The notes under the pieces: model-generated
What the model was told of the DNA's origin: nothing
What the model saw: the letters and a program-made list of their open reading frames with translations, nothing else
Databases searched by the model: none
Translations under genes and position numbers: made by a program
From: a virus
IMG/VR virus record: IMGVR_UViG_3300043773_002546
Location: 133,310 to 197,309 of that record
Length of the DNA stretch: 64,000 bases
Strand: one strand, 5' to 3'
Shown: one piece after another, positions 8,845 to 18,542 of the stretch
How the letters are laid out: each line of letters starts with the position of its first letter
Numbering within the stretch: position 1 is the first letter of the stretch

Positions 8845-11800
8845 ATGCCAGATCCGATCAATCTAGCGCCCGCTCAGCCTCCGCAGCGCGCATTCGGCGA
8901 CGTTAACGCACTGCGCAATAATATCTTTGAGCGGTCGTTACAACACGCCTCGACGCTCGAGCCTATCAAGAATGACCTGTACACGCTCCAGCTGAGCGAC
9001 GTGCAGTACAAGGGCCCGGAGCGCTACACGAAGGCCGACCAGAAGAAAGCCGTGCTCACTCGCGGCTCGTTGGCCCGCAAGCTTGTGGGCACCTGGAACC
9101 TCGTTGACAACAAGACCGGCCAGCAGGTTGCCCAGCGTCAGCAGACGATCGCTAGCGTGCCATACCTGACCGACAGCGGCACGTTTGTGAACAAGGGCGT
9201 GGAGTACACCCTGGCGCACCAGATGCGGCTGCGGCCCGGCGTGTTCACCCGCGAGAAAGACAACGGCGAGCTAGAGGCGCATGTTAACGTGCTGCCCGGC
9301 AAGGGCCGCATGCACCGGTACTTCCTCGACCCGAAGACGGGCGTGATGAAGATCAACATTGGCCAAGCGCAGATTCCGCTTATGCCGCTCTTAAAAACGC
9401 TGGGCGTTAGCGAGGGCGATATTCGCAAGTCGTGGGGTAACGAGCTGACGGCCGTGAACATGCAGCAGGGCGACGCGGGCACGCTCGACAAGCTTTATCA
9501 GCGCCTGGTGTACAAGCAAGAGCCTGGCAGCGACGCCTTGGCCAAGCAGAAGGCCATCGCCGCTGAGTTCGCCAAGATTGAGCTGGACCCCGAGGTTACC
9601 AAGCGGACTCTCGGCCAGCCCTACACCCGCATGACGCCCGAGGTCATTCTGGCGACGACAAAAAAGCTCATTGCGCTAAACCGCAAGGAAACCGACCCGG
9701 ACGATCGCGATTCGCTGGCTTACCAGTCGGTCGTTGGCCCCGAGGACCTGCTCTCGGAGCGCTTTACCAAGGACAAGGCCACGCTGCGTCAGCTGCTCTG
9801 GAAAGCCACGGCCAAGAAAAGCCTCGACCATATTCCTACGGGCGTGTTCAACAAAGCGCTCAACGCCGCGCTGATCGGCTCCGGGTTGGGCAGCTCACTC
9901 GAGGAGATTAACCCCGCAGAGATCTTCGACCATCAGACCCGCGTGACGCGACTTGGCGAGGGCGGCATCGGCTCGCTCGACGCCGTGCCCCAGGAATCCC
10001 GCAGCGTGCAGCCAAGCCACTTGGGTTTTGTGGATTTTCTGCGGACTCCCGAGTCTGGCAAAGTCGGCGTCGACATGCGTTTTAGCCGCGGCGCCATGAA
10101 GGGCAGAGACGGCAAGATTTACACGCCAGTAGTGAACATGCAAACCGGCGCTACGGAGTACAAGACGCCCCAAGAACTGGCGGATACGCCGTTGGCTTTT
10201 CCTGGCGAAGAGAAGAGCAAGCTCCCGATGGTTGCGGCGCTGGTGGGCGGCAAGATGAAGTACGTCCCCCGTGAAGAAGCGCAGTTCTCGCTGCCGCACA
10301 TGGACAACTCTTTTTCGGCGCTCTCGAATATGGTCCCCATGAAGAGCATGATGAAGGGACACCGAGTGATCATGGGCAGCCGCATGTTCACGCAGGCACT
10401 GCCGCTGGTGGACGCCGAGGCGCCGCTGGTGCAGTCCGCCCGGGCCGACAACCCCGGTGAAAGCCACGAGGACGAGATGGGCGGCAAACTCGGCGCCGTC
10501 CGTGCCGACGTTCACGGCCAGGTGGTCTCTGTCTCGTCTGATGAGATCGTCGTTCGCGACCGTGACGGCAATAAGAAAAGCATCGAACTCTACAACGACA
10601 TGCCGTTTAACCGGAAGACTTTCTGGACGCAGAAGCCCACGGTTCAACCCGGCGATACGATCAAGCCCGGCCAGCTGCTCGCGCATTCCAACTTCACTGA
10701 TAAGCAAGGAACAGCGGCGCTGGGCAAGAATCTCCGTGTGGCGTATGTGCCCTTCCGCGGCAAGAACTACGAAGACGCCGTGGTCATCAGTGAGTCAGCA
10801 GCCAAGCGCCTCACGAGCGAGCACATGTACCAGCACGAGGCCGAATGGGACGACCAGACCCACGTCGGCAAGAAGGCGTTTCTGTCTTTGTTTCCGGGCG
10901 AGTACGACAAGAAGGCGCTCGCCAACTTCGACGACAAGGGCGCCATCCAGAAGGGCACGGTCGTGAACTATGGCGACCCGCTTGTGCTCCAGGCCAAGGC
11001 GAAAGAGACAACTTACGGCAAGGTTCATCGCGGCCGCGCCGGAAACTTCACCAACGAGACACTCACCTGGGAGCACCACACGCCGGGCGTCGTGACCGAC
11101 GTCGAACACACCGACAAGGGCGTCAGCGTTGTAGTCAAAAGCCAGGCGCAGATGGAGGTCGGCGACAAGCTCACCGGTCGCTTCGGCGACAAGGGCGTTG
11201 TGGCCGACGTGATTCCGGACCACCAGATGCCCCAGGACAAAGACGGCAATCCGTACGAGGTCCTCGTCTCGCCGCTGGGCCTAATCTCCCGCGTGAACCC
11301 CTCGCAGGTCATCGAAGCCGCGCTGGGCAAAGTCGCTGCGAAGACCGGCCAGCCCTTCAAGCTCAAGGACTTCGATGACGAGAACGACCTGATTGAGATG
11401 GCGCAGCGGGAGCTGGCTAAGCACGGGTTGAGCGATACCGAGGACCTCACCGACCCGGAGACCGGGCGAAAGATCAAAGGCGTGCTCACCGGCAGCCGCT
11501 TCTTTATGAAGCTCCATCACACGGCCGAGGGCAAAGGGCAGGGCCGCGCGATGGGCAGCTATACCGCCGAGGGCACTCCGGCCAAGGGCGGCAGTGAAGG
11601 CGCCAAGCGCGTCGGCATGCTCGACCTGGGCGCGCTTTTGTCCCACGGCGCCGGAAAGGTCATCCGCGACGCCAAAATGGTCCGCGGCCAGGCTAACCCC
11701 GAGTACTGGTCGCAGTTCATGGCCGGGTATACCCCGCCGCTGCCAAAAGTCCCGCACGTCTACGAGAAGTTTGTCGGGCAGCTCAAAGCTTCTGGCATTA

Positions 11801-13218
11801 ACGCTGTCCGCAGCGGGACGCGCACGAACATCATGGCGTTAACCGACAAGGACGTCGAGCAACTGGCCGGAGACCGCGAGATCACCAGCTCCGACACGGT
11901 CGACTGGAAGGGCAAGCTCAAGCCGATTAAGGGCGGACTGTTTGACGAGACGCTCACCGGCGGCCACATGGGCAACCGCTGGAGCAAGATTACGCTTCAC
12001 GAACCGATGCCCAACCCGGTCATGGAAGAGCCCATCCGCCGCACCCTGGGCCTGACCGAGAAAAAGTTTCGCGCCGTGCTGTCCGGGACTGACACGCTGC
12101 GCGACAAGACCGGCCCGCAGGCAATCGCCGAGGCCCTTGGTGCGATTAGCTTGCCCAAGGCAATCGAGCAGTGCCGCGAGGACATCAAGTCGGGCCGCAA
12201 GACCCTTCGCGACGCCGCAGTGCGCCGCTTGGGGTACTTAAAGTCCGCCGAGGCCGCGGGCGTGCATCCCAAAGACTGGATGCTCACTAAGATGCCGGTT
12301 TTGCCGCCGATGTTTCGCCCCGTCTCGACGATGGGCGCCAAAAAGCTGCCCTTGGTAGCCGACGCAAATTACCTTTACAAAGAGCTCCTCGACAGCAACA
12401 ACGCGCTCAAAGACGCTTCCGGCGCGTTGGCCGAGTACAGCGACGAGCGGCTAGGACTTTACGATGCCATGAAAGGCGTGACCGGGCTGGGCAGTCCCAC
12501 GCAGCCGAAGAATCAGGAACGGCAGGTAAAGGGCTTCCTGCAGCACGTTTTTGGCTCAAGCCCGAAGTACGGCACCGTACAGCGCAAGCTGCTTTCTACG
12601 ACCGTGGACCTGGTCGGCCGCGCGGTAATTACTCCTAACCCGGACTTGGACATGGATGAGGTCGCTTTGCCCGAGGACAAAGCCTGGGAGGTGTACAAGC
12701 CCTTCGTTGTCCGCGGGCTAGTCAGGCGCGGAATGCCGCGCATGCAGGCCCTGGACGCCGTCGAGCAGCGCAACAAGGCCGCCGCTGCTGAACTTCAGGG
12801 CCAGATGAGTTCTCGGCCAATCGTTATTAACCGTGCGCCCGTGCTGCATCGATACGGTATGATGGCGTTTTATCCAAAGCTCACCAAAAACAAGGTTATG
12901 GAGGTCAATCCGGTCATTACCAAGGGCTTTAACGCCGACTTCGACGGAGACGCGATGCAGTATCACGTTCCCAGCACAGAGGACGCCGCCAAGGAAGCCG
13001 TGGAAAAAATGCTGCCCAGCAAAAACTTGTTCGCGGCCGCCAGCTTCAAAGCGCACTACGTGCCGCAGGCGGATTTCCAGACAGGCGTTTACTTGGCATC
13101 TAGCCGGATTGACAAGAAAGCCAAGCCGCGTATTTTTCGTACCAAGCAGGAAGCCCTACACGCCTATCGCCGCGGCGAGATCGACGTCGACACCCCGGTA
13201 AATATTGTCGAGAGTTAA
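8845..13218 (+). CDS. Phage multisubunit RNA polymerase: complete beta fused to the N-terminal, catalytic half of beta'
   Basis: RpoB motifs SGTFVNKGVE..QMRLRPGV, TPESGKVG, MGSRMFTQALPL, GKNYEDAVVIS, GDKLTGRFGDKGVV, MKLHH; then RpoC motifs GGLFDE, PVLPPMFRP, NRAPVLHR and intact NADFDGD (12931-12951). Confidence 0.95.
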   Translation: MPDPINLAPAQPPQRAFGDVNALRNNIFERSLQHASTLEPIKNDLYTLQLSDVQYKGPERYTKADQKKAVLTRGSLARKLVGTWNLVDNKTGQQVAQRQQTIASVPYLTDSGTFVNKGVEYTLAHQMRLRPGVFTREKDNGELEAHVNVLPGKGRMHRYFLDPKTGVMKINIGQAQIPLMPLLKTLGVSEGDIRKSWGNELTAVNMQQGDAGTLDKLYQRLVYKQEPGSDALAKQKAIAAEFAKIELDPEVTKRTLGQPYTRMTPEVILATTKKLIALNRKETDPDDRDSLAYQSVVGPEDLLSERFTKDKATLRQLLWKATAKKSLDHIPTGVFNKALNAALIGSGLGSSLEEINPAEIFDHQTRVTRLGEGGIGSLDAVPQESRSVQPSHLGFVDFLRTPESGKVGVDMRFSRGAMKGRDGKIYTPVVNMQTGATEYKTPQELADTPLAFPGEEKSKLPMVAALVGGKMKYVPREEAQFSLPHMDNSFSALSNMVPMKSMMKGHRVIMGSRMFTQALPLVDAEAPLVQSARADNPGESHEDEMGGKLGAVRADVHGQVVSVSSDEIVVRDRDGNKKSIELYNDMPFNRKTFWTQKPTVQPGDTIKPGQLLAHSNFTDKQGTAALGKNLRVAYVPFRGKNYEDAVVISESAAKRLTSEHMYQHEAEWDDQTHVGKKAFLSLFPGEYDKKALANFDDKGAIQKGTVVNYGDPLVLQAKAKETTYGKVHRGRAGNFTNETLTWEHHTPGVVTDVEHTDKGVSVVVKSQAQMEVGDKLTGRFGDKGVVADVIPDHQMPQDKDGNPYEVLVSPLGLISRVNPSQVIEAALGKVAAKTGQPFKLKDFDDENDLIEMAQRELAKHGLSDTEDLTDPETGRKIKGVLTGSRFFMKLHHTAEGKGQGRAMGSYTAEGTPAKGGSEGAKRVGMLDLGALLSHGAGKVIRDAKMVRGQANPEYWSQFMAGYTPPLPKVPHVYEKFVGQLKASGINAVRSGTRTNIMALTDKDVEQLAGDREITSSDTVDWKGKLKPIKGGLFDETLTGGHMGNRWSKITLHEPMPNPVMEEPIRRTLGLTEKKFRAVLSGTDTLRDKTGPQAIAEALGAISLPKAIEQCREDIKSGRKTLRDAAVRRLGYLKSAEAAGVHPKDWMLTKMPVLPPMFRPVSTMGAKKLPLVADANYLYKELLDSNNALKDASGALAEYSDERLGLYDAMKGVTGLGSPTQPKNQERQVKGFLQHVFGSSPKYGTVQRKLLSTTVDLVGRAVITPNPDLDMDEVALPEDKAWEVYKPFVVRGLVRRGMPRMQALDAVEQRNKAAAAELQGQMSSRPIVINRAPVLHRYGMMAFYPKLTKNKVMEVNPVITKGFNADFDGDAMQYHVPSTEDAAKEAVEKMLPSKNLFAAASFKAHYVPQADFQTGVYLASSRIDKKAKPRIFRTKQEALHAYRRGEIDVDTPVNIVES

Positions 13219-13232
13219 ACACGGAGGTTTAC

Positions 13233-13964
13233 ATGTTCACGGTTAATCCCGAACTGATTTCGCTCGCCCGCATGCGGTTCGAAAAGTCGGCCGTTGTGCC
13301 CCCGGGCGGCGGCGACCCGGCCATGATGGGCGGCGGCGCACCTCCGATGGACCCGGCGGCTATGGGCATGCAACAGCCTGCCGCCCCGGTTGACCCGGCT
13401 CAGGCGGCTATGGGCGCCGCTCCTCCTGCTGACCCCTCTCAGGATCCAACCGGCGCGATGGCCGCCGCAGCCCCGCCAGCACCGGCCCCGATGCCTCCGG
13501 CGACGCCCACCGCCGCCGCTCCTGGCCAGCAGAAGCTCAAACCCGAGCAGATGATGCAGATGCTCGACTACCGGCTTTACAACATGCAGCAGCAACTCAC
13601 GGCGATCATGAACGCCATGGGCGTGCAGGTCCCGCCGGAATCGCTCGTGCTACCCCCGGGCACGACCGGCGCGCCCCCGGCTGAGACGGCGCTGCCCGGC
13701 GGCCCGATGGCGCCGCCCCCGCCGCAGCAGGACCCGAACGCCCCGAGCGGCCCGCAACCTCCGGGCGGCCCGCTCCCTCCCGGCGGCCCGATGGATCCCA
13801 GCCAGATGCCCATGGACCCTAACGCGCCGAAGCAGGCCAACTGGTGGGATGTGGGGCGCCCCGTGGACAAGGCCGTGCACAGCAACCCCGACGCCCCGAC
13901 GGACCTGCAGACCAAAGCGGCTGCAATCGCCGCGCTGTGTCGGAGCATGACGCGTGCGCGTTAA
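13233..13964 (+). CDS. Pro/Met/Gln-rich, probably disordered protein
   Basis: SD CACGGAGGT; low complexity around a short helical core (EQMMQMLDYRLYNMQQQL); EKSA and KQA motifs near the ends. Confidence 0.65.
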   Translation: MFTVNPELISLARMRFEKSAVVPPGGGDPAMMGGGAPPMDPAAMGMQQPAAPVDPAQAAMGAAPPADPSQDPTGAMAAAAPPAPAPMPPATPTAAAPGQQKLKPEQMMQMLDYRLYNMQQQLTAIMNAMGVQVPPESLVLPPGTTGAPPAETALPGGPMAPPPPQQDPNAPSGPQPPGGPLPPGGPMDPSQMPMDPNAPKQANWWDVGRPVDKAVHSNPDAPTDLQTKAAAIAALCRSMTRAR

Positions 13965-14202
13965 ATTAACTCACAACCTGCAGCCTCACGAACAGTCGGC
14001 TCAGTCGATCATTCTGTATGACGATCTGGGAAATCCGATTTTCGTGGCCATGCAGCTTGATGAGTCGATTATCTACGCCGACGCCGGAGAGCCTGATTTT
14101 CACGCTATGCTTCGCGCCTTGGGCGTGAACAAAACAGTCATCGTCAACGAGATCACGCCAAAGCCCGTCAAGAACATGCTGTGGACGCCGGGAAATGCTT
14201 AA
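13954..14202 (+). CDS. Small hypothetical protein between the RNAP genes
   Basis: 82 aa, GTG start, overlaps both neighbours. Confidence 0.55.
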   Translation: MRVKLTHNLQPHEQSAQSIILYDDLGNPIFVAMQLDESIIYADAGEPDFHAMLRALGVNKTVIVNEITPKPVKNMLWTPGNA

Positions 14203-16099
14203 AACCACGCTTGGTCAAGTACTTTTAAACGAAACGCTTCCGGAAGATCTCCGGGACTACAATCGCGTTTTGACTAAAAAAGACATGGCCAAGCTGGCTA
14301 CGGACCTAGCCGAGAAGCACCCGGACAAGTACCGCCAGGTCATGAAGCGGCTGCACGACATCGGCCATGAAGCGGCTTACACCACCAATGGCCTTTCCTT
14401 CGGTCTCAAAGATATCAAACCGACGTTAGCAGCCCGCACCGCCCAGTTGCGCGTACACAAAGCGCTGCAGGGAATTCTCGCCGATAAAGGCATCGACGAA
14501 AAAGCCCGCACTTTGAAGATCCTTAAGCTGGCCTCCGAGGCGCAAAAGTCTCTCGTCGAGGACGTCTACAAAGAGGCCGAGAGCGCCGACAACCCGCTGG
14601 CGCATCAGGTTCGCGGCGTTTCGCGCGGCAACAAGTACAGTTTGAATTCTCTGATCGGCGCCGACATGCAGTACGTCGACCATAAGAACGACCCGATTCC
14701 GATTCCTGTAATGCGTGGCTACGGCCAAGGCCTGCGCCCTGTGGAGTACTTCGCCGGGGCCTTCGGCACCCGCAAGGGCGTCATGGACCTGAAGACAGCA
14801 ACTGCCGATGCCGGTTTCTTCGGCAAGCAGCTGGCGCAGATGACGCACAGACTTTTAGTGACCGACGACGACGACAAGGACGAAGAGCGCAACGCCACCG
14901 CCCACGACCGCGGCTTTCCAAGCGACGTGGACGACCCAGATAACGAGGGCGCGTTCTTGGCGCGGCCCGTCGGCCCATACAAGCGCAACACTCTTTTGAC
15001 GCCGAAGATTCTCCGCGAGCTCAAGGAACAGGGCGTCAAAGACATCCTGGTACGCAGCCCAACCGTGGGCGGCCCAGAGGACGGCGGCGTGTACGCTAGG
15101 GACGTTGGCTACAGGGAAAAGGGCAAGCTCCCGCCCGTAGGCGACTACGTGGGCATCGCCGCGGCTCAGGCACTTTCGGAACCGGTGACGCAGGCGCAGA
15201 TTAGCTCCAAACATTCCGGCGGCGTGGGCGGCGCAGGTTCAATCTCTGGCTTCAAGGCTATTAACGCTTTGGCGCAGGTCCCCAAAAAATACCCCGGCGG
15301 CGCTGCGCACGCCCAGATTGACGGCACGGTTCAAGAGGTGCGCCCCGCGCCCCAGGGCGGCTTTTACGTGCAGATCGACGGGCAGGAGCACTATGTCCCC
15401 ACAGACCGCGAGGTCTCGGTCAAAAAGGGCCAGACCCTCGAGGCAGGAGACACGATTTCCAGCGGCATGCCCAACCCCGGCGAAATCGTCCGCCACAAGG
15501 GCATCGGCGAAGGGCGCAGGTATTTCGTTCAGGCCATGCGTCAAGTGCTGCAAAACTCTGGCGTGTCGCCACATCGCCGTAACATCGAACTTCTCTCGCG
15601 CGGATTGGTAAATCATGTTCGCATGACCGACGAGCACGGCGACTATGCGCCGGACGACATCGTGCCCTACTCGATGATCGAACGGAGTTGGACGCCGCGG
15701 TCGGGCAGCGTGACCGGCGCGCCGAAAAGCCTTTCTGGGCATTATCTAGAGCGCCCCGTACTGCACTACTCAGTTGGTACAAAAATCGGTAAGGGCGTGC
15801 TTGCGAACCTGGAAAAATACGGCATCAACAATGTCGAGGCCCACAAAGAGCCGCCGCCGTTTCAGCCGGAAATGGTTCGCGGCATGGCAAATATCTCTAA
15901 CGACCCCGACTGGATGACCCGCATGCTCGGCTCGTACCAGCAGAAGGGCCTGTTAAACAGCGTACACCGCGGCCTATCCAGCGATACATCCGGATCGAGT
16001 TTCGTTCCCGCGCTGGCCCGCGGCGAAACATTCGGTGTTTCCGGCGCCACGAGCGGATGGCAGCCGCAGAACGATTTAGGTAGGATGAAAGGGCCCTAA
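14195..16099 (+). CDS. Phage multisubunit RNA polymerase: beta' C-terminal half (bridge helix, trigger loop)
   Basis: TTLGQVLLNETLP, GLRPVEYFAGAFGTRKGVMDLKTATADAGF (bridge helix), GIAAAQALSEPVTQAQISSKHSGG (trigger loop with His). Confidence 0.93.
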   Translation: MLKTTLGQVLLNETLPEDLRDYNRVLTKKDMAKLATDLAEKHPDKYRQVMKRLHDIGHEAAYTTNGLSFGLKDIKPTLAARTAQLRVHKALQGILADKGIDEKARTLKILKLASEAQKSLVEDVYKEAESADNPLAHQVRGVSRGNKYSLNSLIGADMQYVDHKNDPIPIPVMRGYGQGLRPVEYFAGAFGTRKGVMDLKTATADAGFFGKQLAQMTHRLLVTDDDDKDEERNATAHDRGFPSDVDDPDNEGAFLARPVGPYKRNTLLTPKILRELKEQGVKDILVRSPTVGGPEDGGVYARDVGYREKGKLPPVGDYVGIAAAQALSEPVTQAQISSKHSGGVGGAGSISGFKAINALAQVPKKYPGGAAHAQIDGTVQEVRPAPQGGFYVQIDGQEHYVPTDREVSVKKGQTLEAGDTISSGMPNPGEIVRHKGIGEGRRYFVQAMRQVLQNSGVSPHRRNIELLSRGLVNHVRMTDEHGDYAPDDIVPYSMIERSWTPRSGSVTGAPKSLSGHYLERPVLHYSVGTKIGKGVLANLEKYGINNVEAHKEPPPFQPEMVRGMANISNDPDWMTRMLGSYQQKGLLNSVHRGLSSDTSGSSFVPALARGETFGVSGATSGWQPQNDLGRMKGP

Positions 16100-16153
16100 G
16101 ACGCTAAATTAGTGTCCAGATCTGGTTAATTTGCTCGCCGCACGGAGGTGGCT

Positions 16154-18535
16154 GTGTACAACCGCAAGAATTCTCAGCCTGAGTGGAAGCACTGGCTCAA
16201 GGTTGCTCGTTCCCACGACCGCAGCCGTACCAAGCAAGCCGATATTGGCGGCAGCGGTGACAGCGCCTCGTTTGAGCAGGCGTTTTCAAACCTGGCGCAC
16301 GCTTACCTCCGCGACAGCGCCCCCAAGCTGCTGGACCATGAAATCGGTTTCCAGCTTTTGGACCGCAATAACGAGAACACTAAGGCAGTGGGCGTTTTTG
16401 CGTTTAAGGTCGGTTCCCAGTGGCTGTATGCCCCGGTGTTCTTCCTTAACGGTGAGCTCAAGGGCCACGAACTCCTGTACATCAAGAACCAGGACATGTT
16501 CGTGCCGTTGAAGGAAAACTGGGTTAACTACCTGATTAACCGCAAACCCAACATCCTGGGCAGCGGCGTTGATCGAAATCTGGGCGCGCGCGGTCAGCGA
16601 CAGCCTGACTTTACGCAGCTTTCGCGCAGCCCGGCCAAGTTTGGTTCGGCGCAGCCGACTCTCAAGGAAATGATGACGGCCGCGATGGGCGCGTTTGCCA
16701 AGACGGCCACAATGAACACCGCCGCCGCGTTTGCTGACATGGGCAAGTCGCTTGACCTGGGTAAGTTCCTTAAGGAAGCCCGGCTTGAGACAATTAACAT
16801 GCTGGTGAACACGTTCAAGCACGCTCCGGCCCTGGCCAAGGCGTTTGACGAGTTCCACGGACTGGACACGGTTAAGGAAGCTATCGCGCTGGCTAAGGCC
16901 CGCGCGGCGCAGCCGAAGATCGCTAGCGTGCTGGAAAGCGCGCCAAACAAGTCCGAGGCGACCAAGAGCCTGAAGGTGATCACGCTGGACGTGACCCTGC
17001 AGACCAAGCTGCCGCCCGAGACCACCGAAGAAGATCAGGAAAAGCTGCTGCGCGACGGCGTGCTGATCCTCGACCAGCGCGACCGCGACAACGTGTCTAT
17101 TCCCTACAACATCCAGGTCGAGAAGAAGCTTTTCAACCCGACCTGCTCCGGCCTGTACGACATTATTGTCAAGCCCAACAGCGTGGAGCGCGTCTACATC
17201 GCCGTGTTTCCGGTGGGCCCGGCCAAGCGCAGCGATTTCGTCACGGTGGTGCGCACCGAAGGCAAGCCGACGTGGGTCAACACCCGCGCCGACCGCGTCT
17301 TCTGCCTGGCGCACGTCGACGGAAAGGATTACGACGCGTGGTTTAACGGCCTGCCCGACGCCGACAGCGCCAGCAAGTCTGGCCGCTACATGGCGGTCGG
17401 CAAGAACGGCGACGCCACGGTTCCCTTCCGCGTCATCCGCGAATTGGGCAGTACGGAGTTCAGCGGCACGAGCTATGAAGTCCACATGGAGGACCATTCG
17501 AAGTTTCCTCCCAAGGGCCACATCTCGCCCTGCTGCTACAGCGACCCGCTGAATTACGACAAATACCGCGACGGCGAGCGAATTCATCTCAAGGGTAAGA
17601 AGGGCAGCCAGCTCCGTGCGAGCATGGGCGACATCTTCGTTCCCGAGAGTTTCAAGCTGCTTAAATGCGCCCCGGGCGAAGACGACGTACCGGCCAGCGA
17701 GCTGGGCAACGGCCCGGCCTGCGGCTGTGGCGAGAGCGAAGACCCGCCGCTGCTCCCCGGCACTCTGGCCGACGCGCAGCTTGAGATCATGGGCAAGACG
17801 GCAGCGTTGGAGGTATACCACAACGGCACCGAGGTGGTAATCAACAAGGCAGCGGCTATGACGCCAATCAAGGCGCTGGTCACGCTTGTCGAGCATCACG
17901 GCCTGCGTGAAGACGCCGCCCGCGAGATCCTCAAAACAGCGGCTGCCAAGCGGAAGTACAGCGGTCGGATTAAGTACGCCAATCCGTACGGCTCGCCGAT
18001 GATGATTAATGACGCGCCCGGCGCCCCGACTGATCCGGGCCCGGTAATGGGCGGCGAGACGATTATGGGCTCCAGCGTCCCGACGCAGCTGGGCATCGAC
18101 ATGGCTATGCCGGTTTCCGGCATGAGCGCGTCTCAAACGGACCGGCAGATCTACAACCCCAACACGCAGCTGGACAACAAGGCTATCCAGCAGGTGATGG
18201 AGGCCTCGCAAACGGGCCAGAAGGAAGTCTTCGACACGGCGATGATTGGCAGCATGCTGCGCGCTGTTCGCGACGACTCGATGGTCGACCGTTATATGGG
18301 CGAGCTCACCAAGGGCCTCGACAAGCTCGGCCGAATTTTGTTTATGTTCTACTGGCACGGCGATCGCTTCGCCGACCGTTACGGCAAAGCCGACATGCCG
18401 GAGCTAGAGGATTCGCTGCGCAACGCCTTCGAGATGTTGGGCGACGTCATCCTCTTCCTTAAGCAGAAGACCATCGAGCCGTATCCGGAAGAAGCCGGTG
18501 CCGACATTGATCTCAGCAACGTCGCAAACGCATAG
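16154..18535 (+). CDS. Large hypothetical protein, probably head-associated
   Basis: About 793 aa; GGAGG at 16144-16148 favours GTG 16154 over the track's 16148; several K-x-A motifs (KQA, KTA, KAA); no family recognised. Confidence 0.6.
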   Translation: MYNRKNSQPEWKHWLKVARSHDRSRTKQADIGGSGDSASFEQAFSNLAHAYLRDSAPKLLDHEIGFQLLDRNNENTKAVGVFAFKVGSQWLYAPVFFLNGELKGHELLYIKNQDMFVPLKENWVNYLINRKPNILGSGVDRNLGARGQRQPDFTQLSRSPAKFGSAQPTLKEMMTAAMGAFAKTATMNTAAAFADMGKSLDLGKFLKEARLETINMLVNTFKHAPALAKAFDEFHGLDTVKEAIALAKARAAQPKIASVLESAPNKSEATKSLKVITLDVTLQTKLPPETTEEDQEKLLRDGVLILDQRDRDNVSIPYNIQVEKKLFNPTCSGLYDIIVKPNSVERVYIAVFPVGPAKRSDFVTVVRTEGKPTWVNTRADRVFCLAHVDGKDYDAWFNGLPDADSASKSGRYMAVGKNGDATVPFRVIRELGSTEFSGTSYEVHMEDHSKFPPKGHISPCCYSDPLNYDKYRDGERIHLKGKKGSQLRASMGDIFVPESFKLLKCAPGEDDVPASELGNGPACGCGESEDPPLLPGTLADAQLEIMGKTAALEVYHNGTEVVINKAAAMTPIKALVTLVEHHGLREDAAREILKTAAAKRKYSGRIKYANPYGSPMMINDAPGAPTDPGPVMGGETIMGSSVPTQLGIDMAMPVSGMSASQTDRQIYNPNTQLDNKAIQQVMEASQTGQKEVFDTAMIGSMLRAVRDDSMVDRYMGELTKGLDKLGRILFMFYWHGDRFADRYGKADMPELEDSLRNAFEMLGDVILFLKQKTIEPYPEEAGADIDLSNVANA

Positions 18536-18542
18536 GTGAAAC

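Noticed and set aside
14408-14419. Additional palindrome copy AAAGATATCAAA
   Set aside because: Only 9 of 12 bases match and symmetry is broken; compatible with chance.
8845-16099. Host chromosomal rpoB-rpoC locus
   Set aside because: No ribosomal protein or nusG neighbours, non-cellular fusion and split, both zinc sites lost, and capsid and tail genes on the same strand.
8845-16099. Intein or intron explaining the RNAP split
   Set aside because: No C/S...HN splice motifs or homing endonuclease seen. The two intervening ORFs have their own starts and the second RNAP gene begins with its own ATG.
16286-18358. 690-aa minus-strand ORF, and similar long antisense ORFs at 27779-28918, 35157-36074, 36186-37190 and 44670-45722
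   Set aside because: They lie fully opposite well-supported + strand genes. Strong GC3 bias removes antisense stops, and the translations have no motifs or SD sites.
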